From the NCBI GenBank assembly GCA_963520985.1, contig CAUQTA010000004.1:76017-140016 (forward strand): DNA of 64,000 nt, given 5' to 3'. The notes beneath the pieces were generated by a model that worked only from the letters and a program-made list of their open reading frames with translations, was not told the DNA's origin and ran no database searches. The translations under genes were made by a program, and so were the position numbers. The stretch comes from an uncultured Sphingobacteriales bacterium (GTDB lineage Bacteria; Bacteroidota; Bacteroidia; Cytophagales; 172606-1). Below are positions 49,413-59,378 of this stretch, piece after piece; position 1 is the stretch's first letter, and every line of letters starts with the position of its first letter.

Positions 49413-49546
49413 AAATAGTATCCCTTAAAAAGGGAAAACCCCTCTGCATAGATCTACGAGAAATTTTGGCACGCAGTTCCTCACAGATATAATAGGGTTG
49501 AACAACGCAAAACCGGCCTGCTTAATAATCCTAAACAGTTACTATA
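49413..49546 (+). repeat. ~135-bp dispersed repeat homologous to 977-1118
   Basis: Motif, then ctctg..atct.c.agaaa..ggcacgc..cagata.aa, then gcaaaacc.gcctgctt..taatcctaaa..actat, in the same order at both loci. Confidence 0.7.
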
Positions 49547-49793
49547 TTAAACTAAGATACACAACAACGAACAGTCTGGCAAAATTTGACAGTAGCCTCC
49601 ATTTTGTCGCGGTGGTGGGTATGGTGAATGTCATCGTACTTAGCCTTTGGCTCTTTTGTAAGTACTCTGATTCCGGATTTGTTGCTTGTTGTTACGCTTA
49701 TGTTCAACTACAAACAGTTTAAATCATTGTTTCAGAGGCGGAATACCGCTTTGTAGATATTTGCTATTAGATTGATGTTTTACTTTAAATATC

Positions 49794-50444
49794 TTAATGA
49801 ATGATTTCTCTGCTGTCAAATTGATCTCCCCAGCCTTCACTTTTATTAAATTCAAATTTTTCAAATTGATCGATGTCAGGAAGATTCACTTCATGTTTAT
49901 TCATAATATCAATTATTTGTGTCAAGTACTTAAAGCTTTGTCCTTTTTTCTCAACTTTACCATAAAGGTCTGCTGTACCGACATCAAAGATTAAGTCTAT
50001 TACTTCTTTAATATCTTGATGAGCATTAGAATATAGATTTTTCAATTGATAAAAAATCTCGCCGCTTACATATGTATAGTTTGACTCAATATAATTTTCA
50101 AATTCCAGAATAGAGCTGGGAGTGTATTCCACTACTCTTGCTTGCCAATCATCTAAATATTCAATGGTTGTATAGTTCCAAAACTCCTCAAGTACCAAAT
50201 GCCAATCTAACTTTTCCATTTTAAGCTTTTCGACCAGCTTATTTAGACTGTAGATTGTAAACGCAACTCTCCCCCGAATCGAGATGTTCACTAATTTATT
50301 TAAAATATAAATGGATCGTTCTTTGTATTTTCTTTTCCTGATTATTCGAAATCTCCATCTACTATAAAAAGAAAAAATAATAGGTTTTGGATTTCCAAAA
50401 CCTATTATTTTTTTCAGTACTATCAAAATTCGATTAGTCGCCAT
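49794..50444 (-). CDS. Hypothetical AT-rich protein (true start probably downstream of 50375)
   Basis: 216-aa ORF; its first ~25 codons cross a terminator-like palindrome; first internal ATG at 50219. Confidence 0.55.
   Translation of the reverse strand: MATNRILIVLKKIIGFGNPKPIIFSFYSRWRFRIIRKRKYKERSIYILNKLVNISIRGRVAFTIYSLNKLVEKLKMEKLDWHLVLEEFWNYTTIEYLDDWQARVVEYTPSSILEFENYIESNYTYVSGEIFYQLKNLYSNAHQDIKEVIDLIFDVGTADLYGKVEKKGQSFKYLTQIIDIMNKHEVNLPDIDQFEKFEFNKSEGWGDQFDSREIIH
50372..50413. terminator. Palindromic terminator built from two overlapping inverted motif copies
   Basis: aaaaaataataggttttgg-attt-ccaaaacctattatttttt (19-bp stem) just after the TIGR00266-like gene stop. Confidence 0.8.
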
Positions 50445-51216
50445 CCAGCAGATTGCCTAAGCCACCCAAAATGGAACCGCCTTCTTTGCTGCTGTTTTTG
50501 CCATATGGCGCCAGTGCTTCAACCAGTTTGGAAATAGGCATGGATTGCAACCACACCCGGCCCGTGCCGCGCAGCGTAGCCAGGAAAATGCCTTCCCCGC
50601 CAAACATCATGGATTTCAGGCCGCCGGCTTGCTGCACGTCAAACTGAATGCCCGGTTCAAAGGCCACCACGCAGCCGGTATCTACCCGCAGGGTTTCATT
50701 ATTCAGGTATTTTTCAATCACCACACCGCCCGCATGAATGAAGGCCAGTCCGTCGCCTTGCAGTTTTTCCAGGATAAAGCCTTCACCGCCAAACAGCCCG
50801 GCTCCCAGTTTTTTGTTGAACTGGATGGAGATTTTAGTTCCCAGCGCCGCACACAAAAAACTGTCTTTCTGCGCAATGAGCGTATTGCCCGGAATCTGGC
50901 CCAGATTGATGGGAAGCACCGTTCCTGGATACGGCGCGGCAAACGCAACTTTGGTGCGCGCATGGCCCCGGTTGGTGAAGTGCGTCATAAACAACGACTC
51001 ACCCGTGAGCAGGCGTGAACCTACCTGCTTGAGCATGCCCATCAGGCCGCTGTTGGCCTGCGAACCGTCGCCCATTTTGGTTTCAAACTGAATGCCGTCG
51101 TGCATGTAGATCATGGCACCCGCTTCGGCGATTACCGTTTCGTTGGGGTCCAGTTCTATTTCGACAATCTGGATGTCTTCGCCAATGATTTTGTAGTCAA
51201 TTTCGTGGGATTGCAT
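50434..51216 (-). CDS. TIGR00266 / AIM24 family protein
   Basis: [47 protein letters not shown] and GRVWLQSMP. Confidence 0.9.
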   Translation of the reverse strand: MQSHEIDYKIIGEDIQIVEIELDPNETVIAEAGAMIYMHDGIQFETKMGDGSQANSGLMGMLKQVGSRLLTGESLFMTHFTNRGHARTKVAFAAPYPGTVLPINLGQIPGNTLIAQKDSFLCAALGTKISIQFNKKLGAGLFGGEGFILEKLQGDGLAFIHAGGVVIEKYLNNETLRVDTGCVVAFEPGIQFDVQQAGGLKSMMFGGEGIFLATLRGTGRVWLQSMPISKLVEALAPYGKNSSKEGGSILGGLGNLLDGD

Positions 51217-51237
51217 AGGGTGGTATCAGGAATTGAA

Positions 51238-51435
51238 TTATTTGTCTTTTTTGCTTTTCACATCCTTGCGATTGCGCAGTTTTTTGTCATCCACTTTCTG
51301 ATTCAGAAACTCATTGATCTTGTCAATGTCGTAGTTGGCCGTAATCTCCCCGAATGTATTGACGGTCAGTTCGAGTCCGTCCAGTTCCGGGTGAACTTTG
51401 GGTTTGTTTTCGGTATTTTCTTTTTTCTTAGCCAT
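51238..51435 (-). CDS. Small hypothetical protein
   Basis: 65 aa; KPKVHPELDG, NTFGEI and INEFLNQKVDDKKL; co-oriented with and close to the next gene. Confidence 0.7.
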   Translation of the reverse strand: MAKKKENTENKPKVHPELDGLELTVNTFGEITANYDIDKINEFLNQKVDDKKLRNRKDVKSKKDK

Positions 51436-51841
51436 AATTGTATTGTTTGCAAGTTCGTAACACTCAGAAAAATAGTATCTTTTGGAAAGTAAAAACCCCG
51501 TGCCTGTGTATAAACCTCATCCCCCAGCTCCCTCTCTTTTGAGAAGGGGAGAGGCATTGGTTCAATATAAATGTAGCCTTCTAATGAATTCAAGTTGCGC
51601 GTTATGTGATGTTGGTTCTAATACTTTTACATTCCTGTATTTGTCACATCTTTTCTTTCGTTGCTTGTCCAAAGAAAGAAACAAAGAAAAGACACTTTGC
51701 TTAATGCTTCCGCCCGCAAACCCAACCCGCCCCTCGCTAAGCAATGAACCCTAGGCTCTTTTTTCTATCTGGTGCTGCGCACTGCACCTTATTCATTATA
51801 TCACACAACTCGAATTAAGTAGCGAGTATTTTGAGGCGTTT

Positions 51842-53407
51842 TCACCCTGCCACAGCCAGTTGACCAATGGCTTTTTCGATGCGGCGCATGGTTTCCTCTT
51901 TGCCCAGAATATCCATGATCTGCATCAGATCCGGGCCGTGACCAGCCCCCGTCAATGCCAGACGCAATGCCGGCATCACTTTGCCGATTTTTACTCCGGC
52001 ACGTTCGAGCACAGCTTGCAGCGTTGCCTTTGCGGTTTCGGCAGTAAAGTCGGCTACAACTGGGAGTTCATCCTTGTATGCGGTAAGCAACGTTACGGCT
52101 TCGGAAGTCCATTTGGTTTGCACCACGGCTTCTTCATAAACTGACGGCTCGTGAAAAAGAAAATCCGATTGTTGATGGAGCTCTTGCGGAAATGTAACCC
52201 GTTCTTTGAGTAAATGCACGATTTTCTGCGCTTTCTCCGATGTGCAATCGGTGCCATCTTTCTGCAAGTCAGTCAGTAAGCCTGCGGCCAGTTCGGCGTC
52301 GGGTTTCAGGCGCAGGTAGTGTTGATTGAACCACTTGGCTTTGCGGATGTCGAACTTGGAACCCGCTTTGTGCACCCGGTCAAAGGAAAACGACTGAATG
52401 AGTTCGTCCATCGAGAAGATTTCTTTATCCGTTCCGTCGTTCCATCCGAGCAATGCAAGAAAGTTGATCAATGCTTCGGGCAAATAACCCGCTTCCCTGA
52501 AACCAACGGTTGTGATGTCTTCTCCATCGGAATTGGTGCCTTTCCAGTTCAATGGAAATATGGGGAATCCCATGCTGTCCGCATCCCGTTTGCTGAGTTT
52601 TCCCTTGCCTTCCTCAATCACATTGCCTTTTTCGTCCAACAAATCGGGTTTGAGAATGATGGGCAAATGGGCAAATTGAGGTGCATTCCAACCAAAGAAC
52701 TTATACAATAATACATGCAGCGGGGCTGAGGGCAACCATTCTTCACCCCGGATTACGTGGGTTATTTCCATTAGGTGGTCGTCTACAATATTGGCCAGGT
52801 GATAGGTAGGCAAACCGTCTGATTTTACCAATACCTTGTCGTCAAGGGTGTTGGCATGCACCACCACCCAGTCGCGAATCATGTCTTTGAATCGGATTTC
52901 CTCTTTTAAAGGTACTTTTACCCGAACCACGTAGGGCGTACCCGCGTCCATTAAAGACTTTGTTTCGGCTTCGTTCAGCGTCAGTGAGTTGCGCATCTGG
53001 GTGCGTGTCAGGGCATTGTACGAGGTGTTGGCCGCACCGGCACTTTGCAGCCGGTGACGCATGGCTTCCAGTTCTTCGTCGGTATCAAAGGCATAGTAAG
53101 CCTTGCCTTCGTCGAGCAGTTGCTGGGCGTATTTCTGGTAAATCTCCTTCCGTTCCGACTGCCGGTACGGGGCATGCGGGCCACCGGCACCCTGGCCTTC
53201 GTCAATGTGAATGCCCACCCATTTCAGGGCTTCAATGATGTATTCTTCGGCTCCCGGCACAAACCGTTTCTGGTCGGTATCCTCGATGCGTAGCAGCATT
53301 TTGCCATTGTGTTGTCTGGCAAACAAGTAGTTGTACAAAGCGGTGCGAACTCCGCCAATGTGTAATCCACCCGTCGGACTGGGTGCGAAACGAACTCTGA
53401 CTTCCAT
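51842..53407 (-). CDS. gltX: Glutamate--tRNA ligase
   Basis: VRFAPSPTGGLHIGG (HIGH), LRIEDTD, PYRQSER, HVIRGEEW and KLSKR (KMSKS). Confidence 0.97.
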   Translation of the reverse strand: MEVRVRFAPSPTGGLHIGGVRTALYNYLFARQHNGKMLLRIEDTDQKRFVPGAEEYIIEALKWVGIHIDEGQGAGGPHAPYRQSERKEIYQKYAQQLLDEGKAYYAFDTDEELEAMRHRLQSAGAANTSYNALTRTQMRNSLTLNEAETKSLMDAGTPYVVRVKVPLKEEIRFKDMIRDWVVVHANTLDDKVLVKSDGLPTYHLANIVDDHLMEITHVIRGEEWLPSAPLHVLLYKFFGWNAPQFAHLPIILKPDLLDEKGNVIEEGKGKLSKRDADSMGFPIFPLNWKGTNSDGEDITTVGFREAGYLPEALINFLALLGWNDGTDKEIFSMDELIQSFSFDRVHKAGSKFDIRKAKWFNQHYLRLKPDAELAAGLLTDLQKDGTDCTSEKAQKIVHLLKERVTFPQELHQQSDFLFHEPSVYEEAVVQTKWTSEAVTLLTAYKDELPVVADFTAETAKATLQAVLERAGVKIGKVMPALRLALTGAGHGPDLMQIMDILGKEETMRRIEKAIGQLAVAG

Positions 53408-53884
53408 GTAATTGGTATGTGAATGTTGGAATGCAAATTCAATGCCTTCCGATTGAAAAATAGTATCTGCAAAAAGGCAAAAACCTCCTGGTGCATTCTG
53501 GCGACAAAACTACAAAATTAGCGAGCAGGAACGAAGCGAAAAAAGCGGAAGTGTAAAAAACGGAAACCGCCTCCTAATTGGCTGATTTTTACACGAATGC
53601 AAAATTTGCGCTAAAATTGGTAAATCGGATGGCAACGCAAATGAAGATAAGAATCGGCTAAAAAGCGAAATTTCTTCTGATTTTTTAAAAATGGAGTGAG
53701 TTGTATAATTCTAATACATATATCATGTGAAAAACTCACTCTTTGATACACAGGTTTGATAACGGTAAGCCAGGTTCGTTTCCCACTGAAGAAATCGTTG
53801 AGGTTTGGATTGTCAATAAGAAGAACGCACTTTTTTACGGTAGTTTTTGATTTTTTATCTAAATTGACCGCGATTTCTACAGTT

Positions 53885-53931
53885 TTCGCACTTTGAATGT
53901 TACTATCTATAGTACACATTCAAAGTGCGAA
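53885..53931. repeat. Long hairpin upstream of the T9SS cargo gene
   Basis: ttcgcactttgaatgt / acattcaaagtgcgaa 16-bp perfect arms plus inner tacta/tagta. Confidence 0.8.
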
Positions 53932-53959
53932 TTAATTAAATTTTAACTACGAGCAACCC

Positions 53960-55084
53960 ATGTATAAACGTTTACTGCTACTGCTTGTTTTACAAGTGGG
54001 AATTTGCAGTTTTCGTAGTGTGGCCTGTACATTTACTGCCAACACCAACGGAAACTGGACAAGTATTGCCTGGGGCAAGTCGGGTACTGGCTGCGGCAGC
54101 AACACCACTCCTGGTGCCAATGATGATGTGATCATAAACGGGCAAGTCAGAGTGACATTGAATGTAAATGCTTCCATCAAAAGTTTGGTATTAAATTCGG
54201 GTTTCAACCCAGCGAACAGCACCGATCTGACCGTTACCGGAAATATTACATTGACTATCAATGGAAACATAACATTGAATAATCATTCCAACCTGATTAT
54301 CAACAATAGTGCGGGCGTGAGAGGAACCGGGTCTATTTGTGCTACTAACAACGGAAACGTGGATGTGGAAAGTAATACAGGAGGAGGATCCTTTTATGTC
54401 GCCAATTGCTTGTCTACGGCATCGGGGTGTTCCAATAATGCCAATTTTATAAATACGGGCGGCTTAACCTATTGCATTGCCTGTGGAAGCACTAATCAGG
54501 GCCAGAGCACAGGCGGCTGTGTGGCATTACCCGTGCAACTGGTCTCATTCATGGGCATTTATGAAACGGCTCTGCATCGGGTAAAGCTGATGTGGCAAAC
54601 CAGTTGGGAAAAAGATAATGACTTCTTTTCCGTGGAACGGTCGGTGGATGGGGTAAATTTTGCAGAGACAACACGCGTGAGCGGGCACGGCACAGTAACA
54701 GGAATCTCAACCTACCAGGCATACGATGAAGACTTGACAGGTATAGTGGCGTATTATCGCCTCAAGCAAGTCGATTTGGACGGGCATTACGAATACAGTT
54801 CCGTGATTGCCATTGCCTTGCCTGACAATGCGGCTGCTTTTGAAGTATATCCCAATCCGCTGAATGGCAGTGAATTAGCCATCCAATTTTCGTCGGAGAC
54901 GGCCTACGCCAATGCCAAAATCAGCATATGCAACGTATTGGGCCGGGAGTTGAATTTTAAGAAGAATGCAGTCGAAGGCTCGGTGGTTTCACTGATCATC
55001 ACAGAAAAGCAACCTGCCGGTATTTACCTGTTAACGGTGGAGTTGCCAACCAAAAAGTTGGTCAGACGCATCACTGTTCTTTAA
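53960..55084 (+). CDS. T9SS type A sorting-domain protein with a Cys-rich N-terminal domain
   Basis: Signal peptide; LPVQLVSF...W.T..EKDNDFFSVERS..YYRLKQVDLDG module; VYPNP...GIYLL C-terminal domain. Confidence 0.88.
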   Translation: MYKRLLLLLVLQVGICSFRSVACTFTANTNGNWTSIAWGKSGTGCGSNTTPGANDDVIINGQVRVTLNVNASIKSLVLNSGFNPANSTDLTVTGNITLTINGNITLNNHSNLIINNSAGVRGTGSICATNNGNVDVESNTGGGSFYVANCLSTASGCSNNANFINTGGLTYCIACGSTNQGQSTGGCVALPVQLVSFMGIYETALHRVKLMWQTSWEKDNDFFSVERSVDGVNFAETTRVSGHGTVTGISTYQAYDEDLTGIVAYYRLKQVDLDGHYEYSSVIAIALPDNAAAFEVYPNPLNGSELAIQFSSETAYANAKISICNVLGRELNFKKNAVEGSVVSLIITEKQPAGIYLLTVELPTKKLVRRITVL

Positions 55085-55803
55085 TCAGAATGCATTCGGG
55101 TAGCTGCCTGTACGCATGGAATTACCTTTTGGGGCTGGCAATGGTTGAGCCCGGCACCCCAACTGGCATTAAACTCCAGCACAAACCAGCCTCGACTATC
55201 GGCATAGGCTACATCAATGGCAAACGTGGCGGGCAATTCAGAGACATTTGTCAGAAAATCGTTTACAAAATCCTGAGCTTCCGGCAACGAGCCGTTTCCT
55301 TCATACAGGGCTATGTCCTGTAACTGGTTATGCAATACGAATCCGCGTGCTTCTGCCTCAATGGTTATTATTTCCGAAACCAACACCTGTGTATCGGGAG
55401 CGAGTCCATTTGTCTGATCCTGTAATTCTTGCTGATTTTGGTAAACCTGCGCTTTAAACTGTTTGGGTACCAGCGGTTTGATAAACACAGGAAACCACTC
55501 AGCCGAAATTTGATTGAGCGAATGAAGACTAAGATTTCGTTTTGTCCACTTCCTGTCCAATTGCAGGAGCAAGTCATCGTTTGGCGAAACCAGTTGCAGA
55601 TCCAGAATCTGGGCTACAATCAGGGCAAAGGTGTCGTTGCCATAAATGGAAATTGTATGATTTGGTGGCAGGATGGGTTTTTCCCAGAAACGGTCAAGCT
55701 TCATCACCGTGCCGCCCAGTTGTTGCCAAGCTTCGGCTACCGAGCCTCGCTCCGTATCGGCTTTTTGTGGGATCAGCAATAATGCATTTGCCAGGTTTTT
55801 CAT
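55081..55803 (-). CDS. ATP-grasp domain protein (R2K/DUF4343-like)
   Basis: PVFIKP..PKQF, LVSE, EARGFV, AIDVA and VLEFNASWGAGL. Confidence 0.75.
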   Translation of the reverse strand: MKNLANALLLIPQKADTERGSVAEAWQQLGGTVMKLDRFWEKPILPPNHTISIYGNDTFALIVAQILDLQLVSPNDDLLLQLDRKWTKRNLSLHSLNQISAEWFPVFIKPLVPKQFKAQVYQNQQELQDQTNGLAPDTQVLVSEIITIEAEARGFVLHNQLQDIALYEGNGSLPEAQDFVNDFLTNVSELPATFAIDVAYADSRGWFVLEFNASWGAGLNHCQPQKVIPCVQAATRMHSD

Positions 55804-56007
55804 TTTGTAGGGATACTATTTCTATGTAGCACAAAAAGGCGAGATGTAAACGGTATGGGAAAAAAGCTATTTGTGCAAAAGTTGGTAAAAAAAAGCACCT
55901 TTGGTCTATTTCGTATAGAATTCCGGCTAAAAGTAGCCCGCATTCAATCCGATTAGTGATTTTTGTTCATTGATTTTCCTTTTTTGACGCTTTACACGCC
56001 ACACCTT

Positions 56008-57204
56008 ATGAAAAAACTGATTCTCTTTGTGGGGATTTATCTCATTGCCTTCCAGGCACAAAGCCAGACCATTGACGTAAAAAAGCAGTTTGACTTAGCC
56101 GCCCAGCAATATGCCCTTATGTTGAAGTCGCACCCCGATTTGACGAAATTTCCGCAATCCTCCAATGCCGACGGATCGCCGCGCGACATGAAGTCGGAAT
56201 GGTGGTGCAGCGGCTTTTTTGGCGGTTCGCTGTGGTATCTGTACGAATACACCAAAGACCCCAAATGGAAAGATGCCGCCCATACCTGGACCATGGCCGT
56301 GGAAAAGGAGAAAGACAACACCACTACGCATGACCTGGGTTTCATGTTATACTGTCCGTTTGGCAATGGCTATCGGCTCACCAAAAACGAAGCCTATAAG
56401 GATATTATGCTCACTGGAGCAAAGTCGTTGTCCACCCGTTTTCATCCCGAGTATGGTGTGATTAAGTCGTGGGAAAAGTTTGCTACCTATGACTATCCCG
56501 TCATTGTCGACAATATGATGAACCTGGAATTCTTGTTCTGGGCCGCACGTACGTCCGGTAACCAGGACTTTTACAAAATCAGCGTTGCACACGCCGATAG
56601 CACGATCAAGTTTCACTACCGTCCCGACCACAGCAGCTACCATGTGGTTTGTTACGGACCTCACGGACAGATACAAGCCCGCAAAACCGCGCAAGGTTAC
56701 GCCGATGAGTCGGCCTGGGCACGCGGACAAGCCTGGGGATTGTATGGATATACCGTAATGTACCGTGAAACTAAAGACGCCAAGTACCTCAAACAAGCCG
56801 AAGACATTGCCGATTTTATTCTCAATCATCCGAATTTGCCCAAAGACAAAATTCCGTACTGGGACTACAATGCGCCTAACATTCCGAATGAGGAACGCGA
56901 CGCATCAGCAGCGGCCATTACCGCTTCGGCATTGCTGGAACTGGCAGATTATTCCAAGAAAAGCGATACGTATGTTAAAAATGCTACCGAGATTCTGAAA
57001 AATTTGTCGACACCCGCTTATCTGGCACCCATTGGCAAAAACAACAATTTCATTCTGATGCACAGCGTGGGCCACAAACCCGCCAAATCGGAAGTGGATG
57101 TGCCGCTGGTGTACGCCGATTATTATTACCTGGAAGGATTGCTGCGATATGATAAACGCATGAAAAGCAAGCCTGCCAAAGGCAAAGCATCGCCGGGAAA
57201 ATAG
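56008..57204 (+). CDS. Glycoside hydrolase family 88 (unsaturated glucuronyl hydrolase)
   Basis: WCSGFFGGSLW, THDLGF, VIVDNMMNLE, SAWARGQAWGLYG, RDASAAAI and YADYYYLE. Confidence 0.93.
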   Translation: MKKLILFVGIYLIAFQAQSQTIDVKKQFDLAAQQYALMLKSHPDLTKFPQSSNADGSPRDMKSEWWCSGFFGGSLWYLYEYTKDPKWKDAAHTWTMAVEKEKDNTTTHDLGFMLYCPFGNGYRLTKNEAYKDIMLTGAKSLSTRFHPEYGVIKSWEKFATYDYPVIVDNMMNLEFLFWAARTSGNQDFYKISVAHADSTIKFHYRPDHSSYHVVCYGPHGQIQARKTAQGYADESAWARGQAWGLYGYTVMYRETKDAKYLKQAEDIADFILNHPNLPKDKIPYWDYNAPNIPNEERDASAAAITASALLELADYSKKSDTYVKNATEILKNLSTPAYLAPIGKNNNFILMHSVGHKPAKSEVDVPLVYADYYYLEGLLRYDKRMKSKPAKGKASPGK

Positions 57205-57247
57205 TAGGTTTTCAAACATGAAAACCTCGGTATGAAATTCACTCTTC

Positions 57248-57275
57248 AAAAAGCCCGTTTCGAAGCGGGCTTTTT
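57248..57275 (+). terminator. Intrinsic terminator after the GH88 gene
   Basis: aaaaagcccgtttcgaagcgggcttttt; right arm overlaps the motif at 57269. Confidence 0.8.
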
Positions 57276-57382
57276 CGTTTTCCGGAGATACTATTTTCAG
57301 AAGCAAATCAGGATAAATACTCCGGGCTTTTGGTTTTAGTGTCGTTTATCGTATTTTTAAAAACCTCTACCGACGATGTGCG

Positions 57383-58222
57383 ATGCTTTGCCAAGACTAT
57401 TTGCCTAGCCACGTATTACAGCCTTTTGTCAAATGCTATCATTTGCGCCACTTTGCCTTTGGCCGCACCGAAAACCTGCCCTTCAAGCCCTACGCACCCC
57501 GTCCAGAGCAAACCTTGGCGTTTTATCCGCGCGCCCTGGAACGGCTCGAATACACGGCCAGTAACAAAATCATTACCCGTTTCCCTTCCGTGCTGATCGG
57601 CCAATACACGGAGCGTTGCAACCGTCACATTGGCGGTCCTGATTTCATAGCGTTGCTTGTCAACTTTCAGCCCGGTGTGCTGCACCGGATTACGGGCATA
57701 GATTTCGCGGAGCTAACCAATACCGACGTGGATGCCGAAGCCGTTTTTTCCAAGCAACTTCCGGACGTAAACCGTCGACTGAACAGCGCCGAAAGCTACG
57801 ACGACATGATTGGCATTGTGGAGGCATTTTTAGTGGGTTTGCTCAAACCACTGACTCTGATCCCGCATCCTATTGATCGTGTATGCGACTGGCTGCTGGC
57901 TCGTCCGCAAGATGCTGCGGTGTTGCAACTGGCAGCGGATGCTTGCCTGAGTCGTCGGCAATTTGAGCGAAAGTTTAAGCAGCGTATGGGCATTAGTCCC
58001 AGGTTGTACTTGCGCATTGCCCGCATGCACCAGGCGTTCCGGCATCGGTATCACGCGCCGCAAACCGACTGGCTCAGCATTGCGCTGGCGAGTGGTTATT
58101 ACGATTACCAGCATCTGGCAAAGGATTTTCTGGAGTTTGCCGGTGTGTTGCCTTCGGCTTATCTTCTGGAAGATACACAGGCCCCGGAACAGATTGTCGG
58201 TCTGCGCGATTCCTCCTTGTAA
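57383..58222 (+). CDS. AraC family transcriptional regulator
   Basis: CLSRRQFERKFKQRMGISP and IALASGYYDYQHLAKDF double HTH. Confidence 0.9.
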   Translation: MLCQDYLPSHVLQPFVKCYHLRHFAFGRTENLPFKPYAPRPEQTLAFYPRALERLEYTASNKIITRFPSVLIGQYTERCNRHIGGPDFIALLVNFQPGVLHRITGIDFAELTNTDVDAEAVFSKQLPDVNRRLNSAESYDDMIGIVEAFLVGLLKPLTLIPHPIDRVCDWLLARPQDAAVLQLAADACLSRRQFERKFKQRMGISPRLYLRIARMHQAFRHRYHAPQTDWLSIALASGYYDYQHLAKDFLEFAGVLPSAYLLEDTQAPEQIVGLRDSSL

Positions 58223-58352
58223 TTGTCTGGTTGCCTTTTTGATGACTGGAATCGGCTTTGTTGAAAAGATGTCGCAGTTTTACCACCAGTCCCTAACTGA
58301 AATGTGCCAACTTGGGTGAGTAATGAGTAAAGCCACTTCTTCTCACTCAGTT

Positions 58353-59378
58353 ATGAAAGCAATCTCGCTTTTGATTTCTTTGCGTTTGTGCATTTTTTTC
58401 CTGCCATTGGTACTAGGCTTGGTGGCTAAAGGCCAGCCTTGCCAAACTGGAAAATTGGACCCACGGGTAGCGGCAATGTTGCAAACCGTATTGACCGATT
58501 TACCTTCTTCGGGGCTGAATTCCGTTGAGCAAATCCGGGCGGTCAAGATGCCGACGCCAGCTTTTCCCAAATCAGATGTGGTGCATCAGAAAATAAGTGC
58601 CGATAGCATTCCCATCCAAATCTACAATCCTACCCATGCCAAAGGGCTGCCAATCATCATCAGTTTCCATCCCGGCGGATTTGTTACGCCTATCCTGCCT
58701 TTCATGGAATACGATTTCTGGCGGCAGGCCAAGGCATATCAGGCCATTGTATTTGGCGTCGATTACCGGGTGGCTCCCGAGCATCCGTATCCGGCGGCCG
58801 TCAATGATGCGTACAATGCCTTCAAATGGATTGCCGAACACGGCCACGACTACGGCGGCGACACCAGCAAAATCATCGTATTAGGGCTCAGCGCGGGTGG
58901 AAATCTGGCGACAGTAGTGTGTCAGAAAGCCAAGAAAGAAGGACTAGCTCACAAAATAAAACTACAGGTATTAAACTGCCCTTCAACGGATAATGCCCGC
59001 AATCATACCCAGTATGCTTCGCATCAAACCTATGCTTCGGGATATTTCCAGACGCGGCAGTTTTCGCTATTCTCCATTCAAATGTATGCGCCTCAAGTCG
59101 AGCTATCCAATCCGGAAGTGGCGCCGGTGCAAAGTCCGGATGTGTCGGGTTTGCCACCCGCCGTAGTCATTACCGCTGAATTTGACCCCTTGCGCGATGA
59201 AGGCCATGCCTACGCACAAAAGCTTGAGAATGCCGGAGTGAAAGTGTGGTGTCGTTGCTTTCCTGGTCAGATTCATTGCCTGGTAGGGTTACCGTGGGAT
59301 GCCGAACCGCTGCAGCAGGTAGATCAACTGGTCAGAAATGCCATGAAACAGGTGTTCTCGCGCAAAAGCCGTAGATAA
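58353..59378 (+). CDS. Secreted alpha/beta hydrolase (HSL-family esterase/lipase)
   Basis: HPGGF, VDYRVAPEHPYPAAVND, GLSAGGNL, FDPLRDEG and QIH; start at 58323 or 58353. Confidence 0.88.
   Translation: MKAISLLISLRLCIFFLPLVLGLVAKGQPCQTGKLDPRVAAMLQTVLTDLPSSGLNSVEQIRAVKMPTPAFPKSDVVHQKISADSIPIQIYNPTHAKGLPIIISFHPGGFVTPILPFMEYDFWRQAKAYQAIVFGVDYRVAPEHPYPAAVNDAYNAFKWIAEHGHDYGGDTSKIIVLGLSAGGNLATVVCQKAKKEGLAHKIKLQVLNCPSTDNARNHTQYASHQTYASGYFQTRQFSLFSIQMYAPQVELSNPEVAPVQSPDVSGLPPAVVITAEFDPLRDEGHAYAQKLENAGVKVWCRCFPGQIHCLVGLPWDAEPLQQVDQLVRNAMKQVFSRKSRR

Noticed and set aside
58353..59378. HPGGF in place of HGGG, read as a sign of an inactive esterase
   Set aside because: The Ser (GLSAG), Asp (FDPLRDEG) and His residues are all present; a single oxyanion-loop variant is not enough to call inactivity
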